Source of the DNA: Phormidesmis sp.
GTDB taxonomy: Bacteria; Cyanobacteriota; Cyanobacteriia; Leptolyngbyales; Leptolyngbyaceae
DNA: 64,000 nt
Reading direction: 5' to 3'
NCBI GenBank assembly: GCA_965248535.1
Contig: CBDFJR010000005.1
Span: 779,546-843,545 of the forward strand
Both the position numbers and the translations under genes were made by a program. Of this stretch, positions 18,180 through 28,069 are shown piece after piece. How positions within the stretch are numbered: the stretch's first letter is position 1; the number at the start of each line of letters is the position of its first letter. The notes beneath the pieces were generated by a model. The model was not told the DNA's origin and did not search any database. It worked only from the letters and a program-made list of their open reading frames with translations.

Positions 18180-18600
18180 TGTCGGTTCCAACGAAATGTT
18201 CTACGGAACTGGGTGGATGTAGTGTTCCCAATGGGTAACATTTATATCCAGTTCTCGTGGAACTATTGATTATACGGAAAATTTCCGTATATCTCCCCGA
18301 TTTAGGCAGATACCCGGAAACTTTCTGCATATCTCCCCTCACTTTTCATTAGGTATTCTGATTCTATGAGATCATATTCATTATTTCGTTGAGGAATTAT
18401 AAACCTTTAGGGACGATCGCGCCCCTCTCTTTCCCCAAAACCCGATCGCTCCTCCCAAAAAATTCAGCATTCCAAAAAACAAAAAACTCTAGTACAATAC
18501 ACCGCAGTGATGGAGTTGTGCCCCGAAGTCTGATGGACAAGATCAGAACTCCGAGGACTTCCATCCCTAAGTTAGTGCACTGATAACTCAGGAGGCGTTC

Positions 18601-18720
18601 ATGATTGTACACCGTCGGCTTTGCTATGGGATCTTGAAAGGCTGGAATCAAGATCCTGCATACAGATTTCACCCCAACACAATGTCTGAGAGATCCGTGT
18701 TTTTGTCCTCTTTGAACTAA
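18601..18720 (+). CDS. Possible 39-aa leader/small ORF, absent from the ORF track
   Basis: AGGAGG at 18590-18595, ATG 18601, MIVHRRLCYGILKGWNQDPAYRFHPNTMSERSVFLSSLN*; its stop lies in the loop of a 12-bp hairpin. Confidence 0.4.
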   Translation: MIVHRRLCYGILKGWNQDPAYRFHPNTMSERSVFLSSLN

Positions 18721-18737
18721 TCGAGAGGACAAAAACT

Positions 18738-19109
18738 ATGGCAGTTAGGACGATCGTTCCTAGCTCGATTTCGTTTACGGTTGAGTTAGGTTGCTCAATC
18801 GAAAAGCGTTATCGAGTCAGTGTCACTTTGGATTTACAAGAGCGTTATCTCTTCATGCCGTCTGGCATTCTCGTGAATGTTAGCGACAGCATTGAAGACT
18901 TCACCTCGCAACTGAGTGAGATTGCTTCTAATCAACTGGCATTTCTGAAGTGGGATGGCACGAGTGATTTGACGACAGAGTATCAAGTTGTTCGAGTGTT
19001 GCCCGGTTATCAAGTTGGACGTTCTCTCGTGAAGTTCAACATTGTTCTGGGTGAGGGTTCACTGATTCAAGTAGAGGAGTTGCACAACGAAACCAACATT
19101 CAACTCTAG
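18738..19109 (+). CDS. Hypothetical protein (123 aa)
   Basis: ATG with GAGGA RBS; no recognisable motif. Confidence 0.55.
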   Translation: MAVRTIVPSSISFTVELGCSIEKRYRVSVTLDLQERYLFMPSGILVNVSDSIEDFTSQLSEIASNQLAFLKWDGTSDLTTEYQVVRVLPGYQVGRSLVKFNIVLGEGSLIQVEELHNETNIQL

Positions 19110-19356
19110 AACAGTTGGGGTTAGAGATCCGTCGATGATCCCTTTGGGAGCCTGCAATGTGATCTGTTGGGTTATAGCGCTTGCCCCCAAAGCGGATTCA
19201 TCCTCATTACTGCTTTGCTCTTTGTTTAAAGTTGGAAGGTTGCCGTTCAGCTTGGTCATTCATCGGCCCAAGCGTGGCAAAGACATATATTTAGAAGCTT
19301 GGAAAACAGACGGTGAATCTATCCTCGAACCGAGTACACTACAAACTGTTTGATGG

Positions 19357-20766
19357 GTGCAGAAGTTGGGCTTGATCAAATCGCTACTTTCATCTCTAGG
19401 TAGAATGGACGCGCAAAAAACATTACGACAAAAAGGCAGGAAACCCCTGCTGCGGCTAACTAGCCTGCTAATCTTTGGAGGCATCTTTCTCGCCTTACCC
19501 GCCCGATCGCAGATCATTCCTCAAGCCACCGCCGCCGCCAGAGACACTCAGCGCCAACAGCAGGTCAACCAAACGCGCCCCGATCGCTACGATCTCAGCC
19601 GCCACCCCGTCAACGATGCCAACGAACGCTATTGGCGAAACTTGCTCTGGTCAACCGCCATCACAGAACCGCAGCTTGCGTCAGTCGATGGAGCAATCGC
19701 GCAAATTCTCTCGCTGACGGCTCGCCGGGGTCTCTCTAACGCCCAAGCCCGAACGCTGGAAATGGCGATGCAGGTTGGCACTCAGCTTTATCTCAGCAAC
19801 CCAACTCAATATGACGGCGTAAAGCAACAGTTTTTGCAAACCATCGATCGTAGCCCTGATGCAGAATGGGTGGCGATGGCGGTGTCGGCACTAGTGCAAG
19901 GAGGTGCCGAGACTGAACTGCGATCGCAGTGGCTGACCCTGATTCAGCAACGGTTTCCTCAATGGCGCGACGATCCGGCTCTGTTGACAACGCTGCGGAC
20001 GATCGAGAGTCTCGATCGCCCCCATCTCACTCCACCCTTAAAAGATCTGTTGACTTGGACGATTGCCCCTAACCAGCTTCAGATGTATGTGATTTGTCGC
20101 CCCGATCGTGGACTTCTCTGTCAAGCGATTTTAAAAGACCGTCGAGGGCAGTTTGTTCGTCAAGACGGTGAATTGTGGTCAGTGCCCTTGCTGACCCGAT
20201 CGCTGCATGGTTTATCGAGCGTCTTTACGCGGGGGCAAACTCCGCAGGGAGTCTACCGCATTGAGGGCAGCGTTCCGCAGCCGGATACGGAGTTTTTTAG
20301 AGCCTATGGCACCTTTCCTCTGGTCAAGCTATTTACGCCCTTTGAGCCGGGGGTAAAAGCCTTTTTGCCCAACCATCCGGGACAAATTGCTGGGCTGTCT
20401 GCCTATCAGTCGCTGCTGCCACCATCTTGGCGCAACGAGTTTGCAGTCCAGCAGAGCTATTGGGCAGGCAAAGCGGGTCGAGGTCTATTTAGAGTGCACG
20501 GCAGCGGCGAAGATCCTGGATTTTTTACCAACAATAGTCGCTACCCTGACAGTGCAGGCTGGAACCCGACGATCGGTTGTCTTTCTGCCCTAGAACTCTA
20601 TGACCAAACGGGACGACTTCAGCAAGCCGACATGCCCAAGATTTTGAGCGCTCTAACCGCCGCAGGTGGACGGGATTTTTCGGGCTACTTGATGGTGGTT
20701 GAAGTTCCCGATCGTGCCAACGCTCCGATCTCAAAGCAAGAGATTGAGTCCGTGCTGAGAGAATAA
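19357..20766 (+). CDS. Conserved cyanobacterial exported protein with a possible L,D-transpeptidase (YkuD)-like catalytic motif
   Basis: Signal/TM region (LLIFGGIFLALPARS), GQTPQGVYRI, and RVHGSG...PTIGCL His/Cys motif; start codon uncertain. Confidence 0.55.
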   Translation: MQKLGLIKSLLSSLGRMDAQKTLRQKGRKPLLRLTSLLIFGGIFLALPARSQIIPQATAAARDTQRQQQVNQTRPDRYDLSRHPVNDANERYWRNLLWSTAITEPQLASVDGAIAQILSLTARRGLSNAQARTLEMAMQVGTQLYLSNPTQYDGVKQQFLQTIDRSPDAEWVAMAVSALVQGGAETELRSQWLTLIQQRFPQWRDDPALLTTLRTIESLDRPHLTPPLKDLLTWTIAPNQLQMYVICRPDRGLLCQAILKDRRGQFVRQDGELWSVPLLTRSLHGLSSVFTRGQTPQGVYRIEGSVPQPDTEFFRAYGTFPLVKLFTPFEPGVKAFLPNHPGQIAGLSAYQSLLPPSWRNEFAVQQSYWAGKAGRGLFRVHGSGEDPGFFTNNSRYPDSAGWNPTIGCLSALELYDQTGRLQQADMPKILSALTAAGGRDFSGYLMVVEVPDRANAPISKQEIESVLRE

Positions 20767-20885
20767 AGGTTTTCTGCTAAATCGCTTGATATAAGAATCA
20801 GAGATTTGGCAGATGTGCTCCATAACACCTTAAGATCTCTTCAAAACCAGTTAGATCTAGCAACGGAGTTGCTGTTAACGCCGAT

Positions 20886-22742
20886 ATGAAGCTATCCCCA
20901 TGGACAAAGTTGCTCAGTCTGTTAAAACGCGGGTATTTAAAGTCTAGGCTGAACCGATTGATTGCGATTAGCCTATCGCTGTTTATCTTGACTTTTTCCC
21001 TCGTGGTTGCTACGTCAAATGGGATGCTGTCTAATCTCTCACAGATCAATTCTGCTGGGGTGGCGCTGCTAGCGACGAAGAAGTTTTCGCCGATTCTCTC
21101 TAGGTTTGAGATTTCGTTAACTCCCCTGTGTCGCCAAGGCACCTCGATCGGATATCAAGCTTCAACTTCGATCGGCAACTTGGCGGCGGGCAGCGCAAAT
21201 CACTCGGTGCGAGATGCAAACGTTAGCGGACTGCTAGAGGCGATCGCTCCGGCTTGGAAAGACGCGATCGTGGCTCCCCCGTTTCCTCAAATTCATGGGC
21301 GGGCCCGATTGGCAAAAGTTCCGGTGATCATGTATCACGACATCATTGCTGAGAAGCAAGTCTTTTTTGATGTCACTCCCGCAGAGTTTGAGGCAGCGCT
21401 GCAACTGATTCAAAAAAATGGTCTCACGCCTGTGAGTTTTGATCAGCTAGTCGAGCATCTCAAAACTGGAATTCCGTTGCCCAAAAAGCCGATCGTGCTG
21501 ACGTTTGATGATGGTTATCAAGGGCATTACAAATTTGTATATCCCCTGCTAAAGAAGTATGGATATCCCGCAGCGTTTGCGATTTATCCGGCTAAAGTAG
21601 GCACCACAAAGGGACGATCGAGCGTTAGCTGGGATCAAGTTCGAGAAATGGCCGCCGATCCACTAGTCACGATCGCGTCTCATAGTCTCACCCATCCTCT
21701 CGATTTGAGAGAGATGACCGACGCACAGCTTCAGCAAGAATTGGTCGAGTCAAAGCGCATTTTAGAAAAAGAACTCAGTCAATCGATCAAATATTTTATC
21801 TATCCGTCGGGCAAAAACGACGATCGCGTTCAGCAAGGCATTCAGCAAGCTGGGTATGAAGCCGCTTGGACGATGAACGACGAAGAAACTCGATTTGCGG
21901 CAGATTCAGACAATTTGTTGACGATCGATCGCATCGGTCAGTCTCAGTTAGCCGAGGTGATCGAAAAAGCTGATGGCGGGCCGTCTCTAAGCTTTTTGGG
22001 CAACTCATCAAACTTCTATGCGCCCGTGCAACTCACGCGCACCAAAGTCGGCAAGGTGCCGCTCATCTTTGCTTCTGGCGGCAAACCGATCACCATTCAC
22101 GCAGACAGCCGCTATCAGGTGCCTGAGATTGCTGCTAAAACGACGGCGATCGCGGCGGTTGACGGCGCTTTTTTCTCGCTCAAGTCTCTCGATTCTAATC
22201 AGATGATTGGGCCGGTTTTGAGTCAAACAACGGGCCGATTTGTTCGAGGTAACCCTGGAGAATTGCCCCTGATTAAAGGACGACCTTTGGTGTTGATCAG
22301 TGCCAGCACGGTGCGATTTGTGCCCTTTGATCCCAGTCGTCACAACACGCAAGCAGGCATGGAGAGCGACTTACCAGGGCTGACTGATGCGTTTGTGGCG
22401 GCGGCTTGGTTAGTCAAAGACGGTCAGCCTCAAGAGGCTCAAAGCTTTGGCAAACTCTATGGATTTGATGCCGAGCGCGATCGGGCCTTTTGGGGCATTG
22501 ATTGGGCAAACCGTCCGGTGGTCGGCGTGTCGGGCGATTATGTCAACTCGGTGAAGTTTGGAGAAGTGCTCAGTCGGGCCGGGCTGCGTGATGCGATCAT
22601 GCTCGACTCAGGGGCGAGCGCCTCGCTGGCCTATCAGGGTCAATCGATGATGAGCTATACGCCGCGCCCAGTTCCTCATGTGGTAGCGCTGTTGCCGCCT
22701 GAGTCAGGGTCAGATGCGGCTTGCAAAGTGGCCTCTAACTAA
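20886..22742 (+). CDS. Polysaccharide deacetylase (CE4) with a C-terminal phosphodiester-glycosidase (NAGPA-like) domain
   Basis: PVIMYHD, LTFDDGY, IASHSLTH, YFIYPSG motifs; C-terminal AAVDGAFF, RAFWG, AIMLDSGAS. Confidence 0.85.
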   Translation: MKLSPWTKLLSLLKRGYLKSRLNRLIAISLSLFILTFSLVVATSNGMLSNLSQINSAGVALLATKKFSPILSRFEISLTPLCRQGTSIGYQASTSIGNLAAGSANHSVRDANVSGLLEAIAPAWKDAIVAPPFPQIHGRARLAKVPVIMYHDIIAEKQVFFDVTPAEFEAALQLIQKNGLTPVSFDQLVEHLKTGIPLPKKPIVLTFDDGYQGHYKFVYPLLKKYGYPAAFAIYPAKVGTTKGRSSVSWDQVREMAADPLVTIASHSLTHPLDLREMTDAQLQQELVESKRILEKELSQSIKYFIYPSGKNDDRVQQGIQQAGYEAAWTMNDEETRFAADSDNLLTIDRIGQSQLAEVIEKADGGPSLSFLGNSSNFYAPVQLTRTKVGKVPLIFASGGKPITIHADSRYQVPEIAAKTTAIAAVDGAFFSLKSLDSNQMIGPVLSQTTGRFVRGNPGELPLIKGRPLVLISASTVRFVPFDPSRHNTQAGMESDLPGLTDAFVAAAWLVKDGQPQEAQSFGKLYGFDAERDRAFWGIDWANRPVVGVSGDYVNSVKFGEVLSRAGLRDAIMLDSGASASLAYQGQSMMSYTPRPVPHVVALLPPESGSDAACKVASN

Positions 22743-23026
22743 AAAGTGAGTTGATAAGAAGCGGCAGCCTTGGCCGTCTCTGAGAGATATCTCTCAAGAG
22801 TGATGTTTAAACCGATCGCGCCTTTTAAAGTTGTCCGATAAGCAGGGCTTCTTGGCGATCGTCAGGTGCCCATTATGGTTTATTAACCGGGTGCTCTTGT
22901 TGTGCTGCTGGCGCTCAGACGATATCAGCGTTCCTTAAAAGCTCGTCTTATGTTGACTCTTGCAGCGTTTATCTCTGACTAATTCTTATATTTCCTCACC
23001 GCTCAGAGTGGCTCAATATTTTTGCT

Positions 23027-24328
23027 ATGACCCAAAACCTTTGGCAGTCAGGATTTTTAGATCGAGCGCGATCGACCACACCCATTCTGGCGATCGCTCT
23101 AACAGTGGGGTTGTCCGCAAGCGGGTGTCAATCATCCGATCGCAAGGCCAGCGCCACCGCCCCACCACCCCCCTTAGTCAAAGTTCAACAAATTAACTCA
23201 GCCCAGATTGAAGAAAGCTCCGAGTTTGTTGGATCGCTAGAGGCTCCGCAGAGAGTGACGCTTCAACCGCAAATTCAAGGGCGAATTAGTTCGATCTTAG
23301 TAGCAAGCGGTCAGCGAGTGCAGCAAGGTACGCCCATTCTGGAGTTGAGCATTGACCAGACAGAAGCCAACGTCAACAGCGCTAGCGCTTCTGCCAACGC
23401 CACCAGAGCCGGGCTGGGAACTGCTCAGGCACAGCTTGCAGCCACCCAAGCGGCCCGCGACAAAGCGGCCGCAAACGTTCAACTTCAGCAGACGCAGTTC
23501 AATCGCTATCAGAGCCTTGCTCGTGATGGTGCCGTTCCTCAGCAGCAGCTAGATATTGCTAGAAATAATTTGCAAACGGCGATCGCCGATCTCAGTGCCG
23601 CCGACAAACAGGTAAACGCGTCGCAGGCAGGAGTGCAACAATCTCAAGCCAATATTAAAGCGGCAGATGCCCAAGTGGCAGCTAGTCAAGTCAATCTCAA
23701 TTTCAAGCGGGTTGTGGCTCCAGTCACAGGGGTTGTGGGCGATTTTCCGGTGAAGGTGGGCGATTATGTCAACACGGGGCAGACCCTGACCACGATTATT
23801 CAGACCGATGCCTTTGATCTCAATTTGGCGATCCCGTCTAGTCGCTCTGCTCAGTTGCGGTCTGGACTTCCGGTCGAACTGATTGATCCCACGACTAAAA
23901 AGCGATTGTCAACAGGCTCGATCGGGTATATCGCTTCGACAACTGACCCGACTCAGCAGACCATCTTGAGTAAAGGGCGGTTTCCAAACTCTAACGGGCT
24001 GTTGCGAGATGGGCAATATGTTCAAGCCCGTGTAGTCTGGAACCGCAAACCGGGAGTGTTAGTGCCCACCGAGGCTGTTTTGCCGATCGGGGGTCAAAAC
24101 TTTGTGTTTGTGACCGTCAACAAGACGGATGACTCTGGCAAAACTCAAACCTTGGCGCATCAGGTGCCCGTTACCTTGGGCGACATCCAGGGGCAAAATT
24201 ATCAGGTTTTGCAGGGACTAGAGCCTGGTGCATCGGTGATTGTGTCTGGCGTGTCAAAGCTCAAAGAAGGGGTCACCGTTGCGCCTCAAGACAACAACCC
24301 TCCGCAATCTCAAGCGTCCCAATCTTAG
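23027..24328 (+). CDS. RND efflux periplasmic adaptor (MFP) lipoprotein
   Basis: Lipobox LSASGC, lipoyl-like halves, coiled-coil, VVAPVTGVVG; upstream of an RND permease. Confidence 0.92.
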   Translation: MTQNLWQSGFLDRARSTTPILAIALTVGLSASGCQSSDRKASATAPPPPLVKVQQINSAQIEESSEFVGSLEAPQRVTLQPQIQGRISSILVASGQRVQQGTPILELSIDQTEANVNSASASANATRAGLGTAQAQLAATQAARDKAAANVQLQQTQFNRYQSLARDGAVPQQQLDIARNNLQTAIADLSAADKQVNASQAGVQQSQANIKAADAQVAASQVNLNFKRVVAPVTGVVGDFPVKVGDYVNTGQTLTTIIQTDAFDLNLAIPSSRSAQLRSGLPVELIDPTTKKRLSTGSIGYIASTTDPTQQTILSKGRFPNSNGLLRDGQYVQARVVWNRKPGVLVPTEAVLPIGGQNFVFVTVNKTDDSGKTQTLAHQVPVTLGDIQGQNYQVLQGLEPGASVIVSGVSKLKEGVTVAPQDNNPPQSQASQS

Positions 24329-24340
24329 GAGACCCCGATC

Positions 24341-27300
24341 GTGATTTTGTCTATCGCTGATCTGTTCATCAAGCGACCCGTTTTAACAACTGTCTGCACG
24401 ATCGTGATTGCGTTGTTGGGGGCTGTGTGTTTACCGCTATTGCCGATTGAATATATTCCGCAAATTGCGCCGATTCAAGTGCAGATCTCAGCGTCTTATG
24501 TAGGGGCTGATCCCGAAACGATCGAGACGACGGTTACCACCCCGATTGAGCGCAAACTGAATGGAACACCGGATCTGTCCTACTTTACGTCCAGTACTGT
24601 AGCAGGCACCAGCAGCATCTCGGCCTACTTTCCGGTCAACACCGACAAATACATCGACCAAGTGAACGTGCAGAACAATCTGCAACAGGCGATCCCCCTA
24701 TTGCCTACGTCAGTGCAACAACAAGGAGTCACCGTTAAGACAGCTTCCACGAGTATTTTGTTGGTCTATGGGTTCTACTCACCCGACAACACTTATGACT
24801 CAACGTTTGTAAGCAACTATGTTGATCTATATGTAAACGACGAGATGGCCAGGGTGCCCGGTGTGGGGCAGGTCAACGTGTTTGGACAGCATCAATACGC
24901 CATGCGGTTTTGGCTCGACCCGAATGCGTTGGCGAGTCGCGGCGTGACGGTTGGCGATGTGGTCAGTGCGGTGCAGTCTCAAAACGTGGTGGTTGGCGGA
25001 GGTGCGATCGGGACTGAACCCTCACCGCCGGGACAACGCTATCAGATTCCGCTCAAGCTACAAGGACAGTTTAAGAACGCATCCGACGCAGAAAATATTG
25101 TGATTCGAGCCGGAAGCGGCGGCAATATAATTCGGCTGAAGGATGTAGGCCATGCCGAACTCGGCTCTCAAACCTATAGCAGCAGTGCCAAAGTCAACGG
25201 CAAACCTGGCGTAGCATTAGCTATCTATCAGTTGCCGGGTAGTAATGCGCTTGATGTGGCCAAACAAATCGAAGCCCGCATGGAAGAATTGAAGCAAGGC
25301 TTTCCACCAGGGATCACCGTCGAGCCTGTGTATGACACCGTGCGCTTTATCGAAGAATCGAACAAAGAGGTGATCTACACCCTGCTCGAAGCAGTTGGAC
25401 TAGTGGTTTTAGTCATTTTTGTATTTTTGCAAAACTGGCGGGCAACAGTAATCCCCACGATCGCCATCCCGGTTTCGTTAATCGGAGCCTTTATTTTTGC
25501 TAAACTGCTCGGATTTTCGATCAATAGTTTGACGATGTTTGGCTTAGTGCTGGCAACTGGACTGGTTGTGGATGACGCGATTCTAGTGATCGAAGCGGTC
25601 ACCGCCAAAATTGAACAAGGCAAAACTGCTAAGCAAGCCAGCTTTGAAGCGATGGACGAGTTGACCGGGGCAATCTTGGCCACGTCGCTGGTGTTAATGG
25701 CGGTGTTTGTTCCGGTGGCGTTTTTTCCGGGCGCAACGGGATTGTTGTATCGGCAGTTCGCGTTGATTATTGCCTTCTCGATCGCCGTTTCAACGTTCAA
25801 CGCGCTCACGTTCAGTCCGACGATCGCGGCTATTCTGTTGCGCCCTGCTCAAGAAGCTCGTGGGCCCTTGGGCTGGTTTTTTGGCAAATTTAATCAAGGG
25901 TTTGACTGGACACGATCGCGCTATCGGTCTCTAGCACAGTGGCTACTGCGAATTCGATATCTGGTGTTGGGTGTGTTTGTAGTGGGACTAGCCGCCACGC
26001 TTTTGATCTTTAGGGCTGTGCCGTCGGGGTTTGTGCCCGGTGAGGATCAAGGCTCCATTCAAGGCATTATTCAAGGGCCTGATATCGCCTCGCTGCAATA
26101 CACCAATGATATTCTTGACCAGGTGCATCACGTCTTTGAAGGAGTGCCCGAAATCCGATCGACGGCCACGATCGCTGGGGCAGGCTTCAACGGCAACGCC
26201 GCCAACCAAGGTATCTTTTTTGCCAACCTCAAGTCTTGGGATGAGCGCAAAGGAGCCGCCCAATCTGTGACCGCCCTGATTAAACGCCTCAACGGAGAGT
26301 TTTCCAAAAAAGTCACGGGTGCAACGGCGTTGGCCTCCAGTCCGCCTCCGATTCGGGGGTTTAGCCCGCTAGGGGGGGTGAATATGCAGCTTCAAGACAC
26401 CACCAACGGTCGATATACGTTTCAAGAATTCGCGGCTAATGCTCAAGCAATTTTACAAAAAGCAAATCAGTCTGGCGTGTATGCTCCTCCTGCATTTACT
26501 CAATTCACTCCGAACACTCCTAAGTATGAAATCAATATCAACCGCGATCAGCTAAGTGCTCTGAATGTTGACTTTCAAACGGCTCTAACAACGCTTGGCA
26601 CCAGTATTGGCTCATCGTTTGTTAACCAATTTGTTCTAGGACAGCGCTATTACCAAGTCTATGTGCAGCTAGACGGACAGTATCGCAACAAGCCTGAAGA
26701 TCTCAGACAGCTTTATGTGCGATCGCGGGATGGCAAAATGGTGTCGATGGAGCAGTTGGTGTCGATTAAACCCTACAACGGGCCTGCCGTCATTTCTCAC
26801 TTCAACGGCTATCGATCGATTTTGCTGCAAGGTGCTCAAGCTCCGGGCTATAGCAGCGGTCAAGCGATCGAGACGATGCAGCAAGCCTTTAAAGCCTCTA
26901 ACGTCACGGGCATCAAGTTCGATTGGGCAGATCTGAGCCGAGAAGAGGTGGCCGCAGGCAGTTTAGGAGCCTTGATTTTCCTGTTTGGGATCATCATGGT
27001 GTTCTTAGTGTTGTCAGCGCAATACGAAAGCTACATCGATCCGTTGATTATTTTGCTGACGGTGCCCTTGGCGATTCTCGGCGCACTGGGCGCAATCTGG
27101 CTGCGGCGACTGATCGAGCCAACCTTGGCAAACGACGTGTATTGCAATATTGCCCTCGTGATGTTAATCGGTTTGGCGAGTAAAAACGCCATTTTGATTG
27201 TTGAGTTTGCCAATCAAGCTATGGAAGACGGACAAAGCATTGCTGAGGCTGCAATCACTGCCTCTCAAGAACGCTTTCGCCCGATTTTGATGACCTCGAT

Positions 27301-27592
27301 CGCTGCCTTGGTCGGATTTTTCCCTCTGGTCATCGCCAGCGGAGCCGGGGCTAATGCTCGCCACTCGTTGGGAACCGCCGTTTTTGGCGGGTTGCTGGTC
27401 TCGACCATTTTGAGTTTGCTTGTGGTTCCGGTGCTCTATGTGATTATCAAAAATCTAGAAGTTCGCTTCTTAAAGCGCCGCCCTGACCGATCGCAGCCTC
27501 CTGCATCTCCTAACGGCGGACAGCCGCAGCCCGTGGGCAGTGGCAATTTAGATCCCCGCAGCGAACCATCGGCTAACCCGACCGAGCGTTAA
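24341..27592 (+). CDS. RND efflux permease (AcrB/HAE1 family)
   Basis: FIKRPVL start, GLVVDDAILV, IGLASKNAILIVEFA, RFRPILMTS. Confidence 0.96.
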   Translation: MILSIADLFIKRPVLTTVCTIVIALLGAVCLPLLPIEYIPQIAPIQVQISASYVGADPETIETTVTTPIERKLNGTPDLSYFTSSTVAGTSSISAYFPVNTDKYIDQVNVQNNLQQAIPLLPTSVQQQGVTVKTASTSILLVYGFYSPDNTYDSTFVSNYVDLYVNDEMARVPGVGQVNVFGQHQYAMRFWLDPNALASRGVTVGDVVSAVQSQNVVVGGGAIGTEPSPPGQRYQIPLKLQGQFKNASDAENIVIRAGSGGNIIRLKDVGHAELGSQTYSSSAKVNGKPGVALAIYQLPGSNALDVAKQIEARMEELKQGFPPGITVEPVYDTVRFIEESNKEVIYTLLEAVGLVVLVIFVFLQNWRATVIPTIAIPVSLIGAFIFAKLLGFSINSLTMFGLVLATGLVVDDAILVIEAVTAKIEQGKTAKQASFEAMDELTGAILATSLVLMAVFVPVAFFPGATGLLYRQFALIIAFSIAVSTFNALTFSPTIAAILLRPAQEARGPLGWFFGKFNQGFDWTRSRYRSLAQWLLRIRYLVLGVFVVGLAATLLIFRAVPSGFVPGEDQGSIQGIIQGPDIASLQYTNDILDQVHHVFEGVPEIRSTATIAGAGFNGNAANQGIFFANLKSWDERKGAAQSVTALIKRLNGEFSKKVTGATALASSPPPIRGFSPLGGVNMQLQDTTNGRYTFQEFAANAQAILQKANQSGVYAPPAFTQFTPNTPKYEININRDQLSALNVDFQTALTTLGTSIGSSFVNQFVLGQRYYQVYVQLDGQYRNKPEDLRQLYVRSRDGKMVSMEQLVSIKPYNGPAVISHFNGYRSILLQGAQAPGYSSGQAIETMQQAFKASNVTGIKFDWADLSREEVAAGSLGALIFLFGIIMVFLVLSAQYESYIDPLIILLTVPLAILGALGAIWLRRLIEPTLANDVYCNIALVMLIGLASKNAILIVEFANQAMEDGQSIAEAAITASQERFRPILMTSIAALVGFFPLVIASGAGANARHSLGTAVFGGLLVSTILSLLVVPVLYVIIKNLEVRFLKRRPDRSQPPASPNGGQPQPVGSGNLDPRSEPSANPTER

Positions 27593-27708
27593 ACCGCTCA
27601 CTCATTACAACAGATAAAGATTTTGTGGCGATCGTAGATCTCCTTGCGACAATTGAGGCAGAAGTCAACCATCCATCAGGTGAATTTTTGTCTTAGGAGC
27701 TAGGTGCT

Positions 27709-27975
27709 ATGAACACCAGACTGATTTGTTTCTCAGGCGTGGTGACTGCCCTTGTAGGCGCAGGAATTGGGGTGATTGCAGCAAGCCTGTTTCCGTCTCC
27801 CTACACCAGTCAGATCTATCAAAATTTAGATCGGAAATATGCGATCGTAGGCGGCGTTGCTGGCTTGCTGATCGGCTCCTGTCAAGAGATGATTCGAGAA
27901 GCTAAGGAAGAACGCGATATTGAAGACGAGTTGCTTCAAGATCTAGAAAAAGCGCTGCGATCGCGGAAATCTTGA
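27709..27975 (+). CDS. Small two-TM hypothetical protein
   Basis: GGAG RBS, two hydrophobic segments, charged tail. Confidence 0.7.
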   Translation: MNTRLICFSGVVTALVGAGIGVIAASLFPSPYTSQIYQNLDRKYAIVGGVAGLLIGSCQEMIREAKEERDIEDELLQDLEKALRSRKS

Positions 27976-28069
27976 TCCACCCTTTCAGCTAGGGCAACCT
28001 GTCTGACGCTGCTCCGATCGTCCCACTTCAAACCCCCACACTTTGGGAAGATTGCCGCCAGAGACCCGA

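Noticed and set aside
18180-19350. Integron integrase (intI) expected at the head of the array
   Set aside because: No ORF here or elsewhere in the window has tyrosine-recombinase motifs; ORFs 18124..18342, 18397..18732 and 19059..19259 have no recognisable features and were not called
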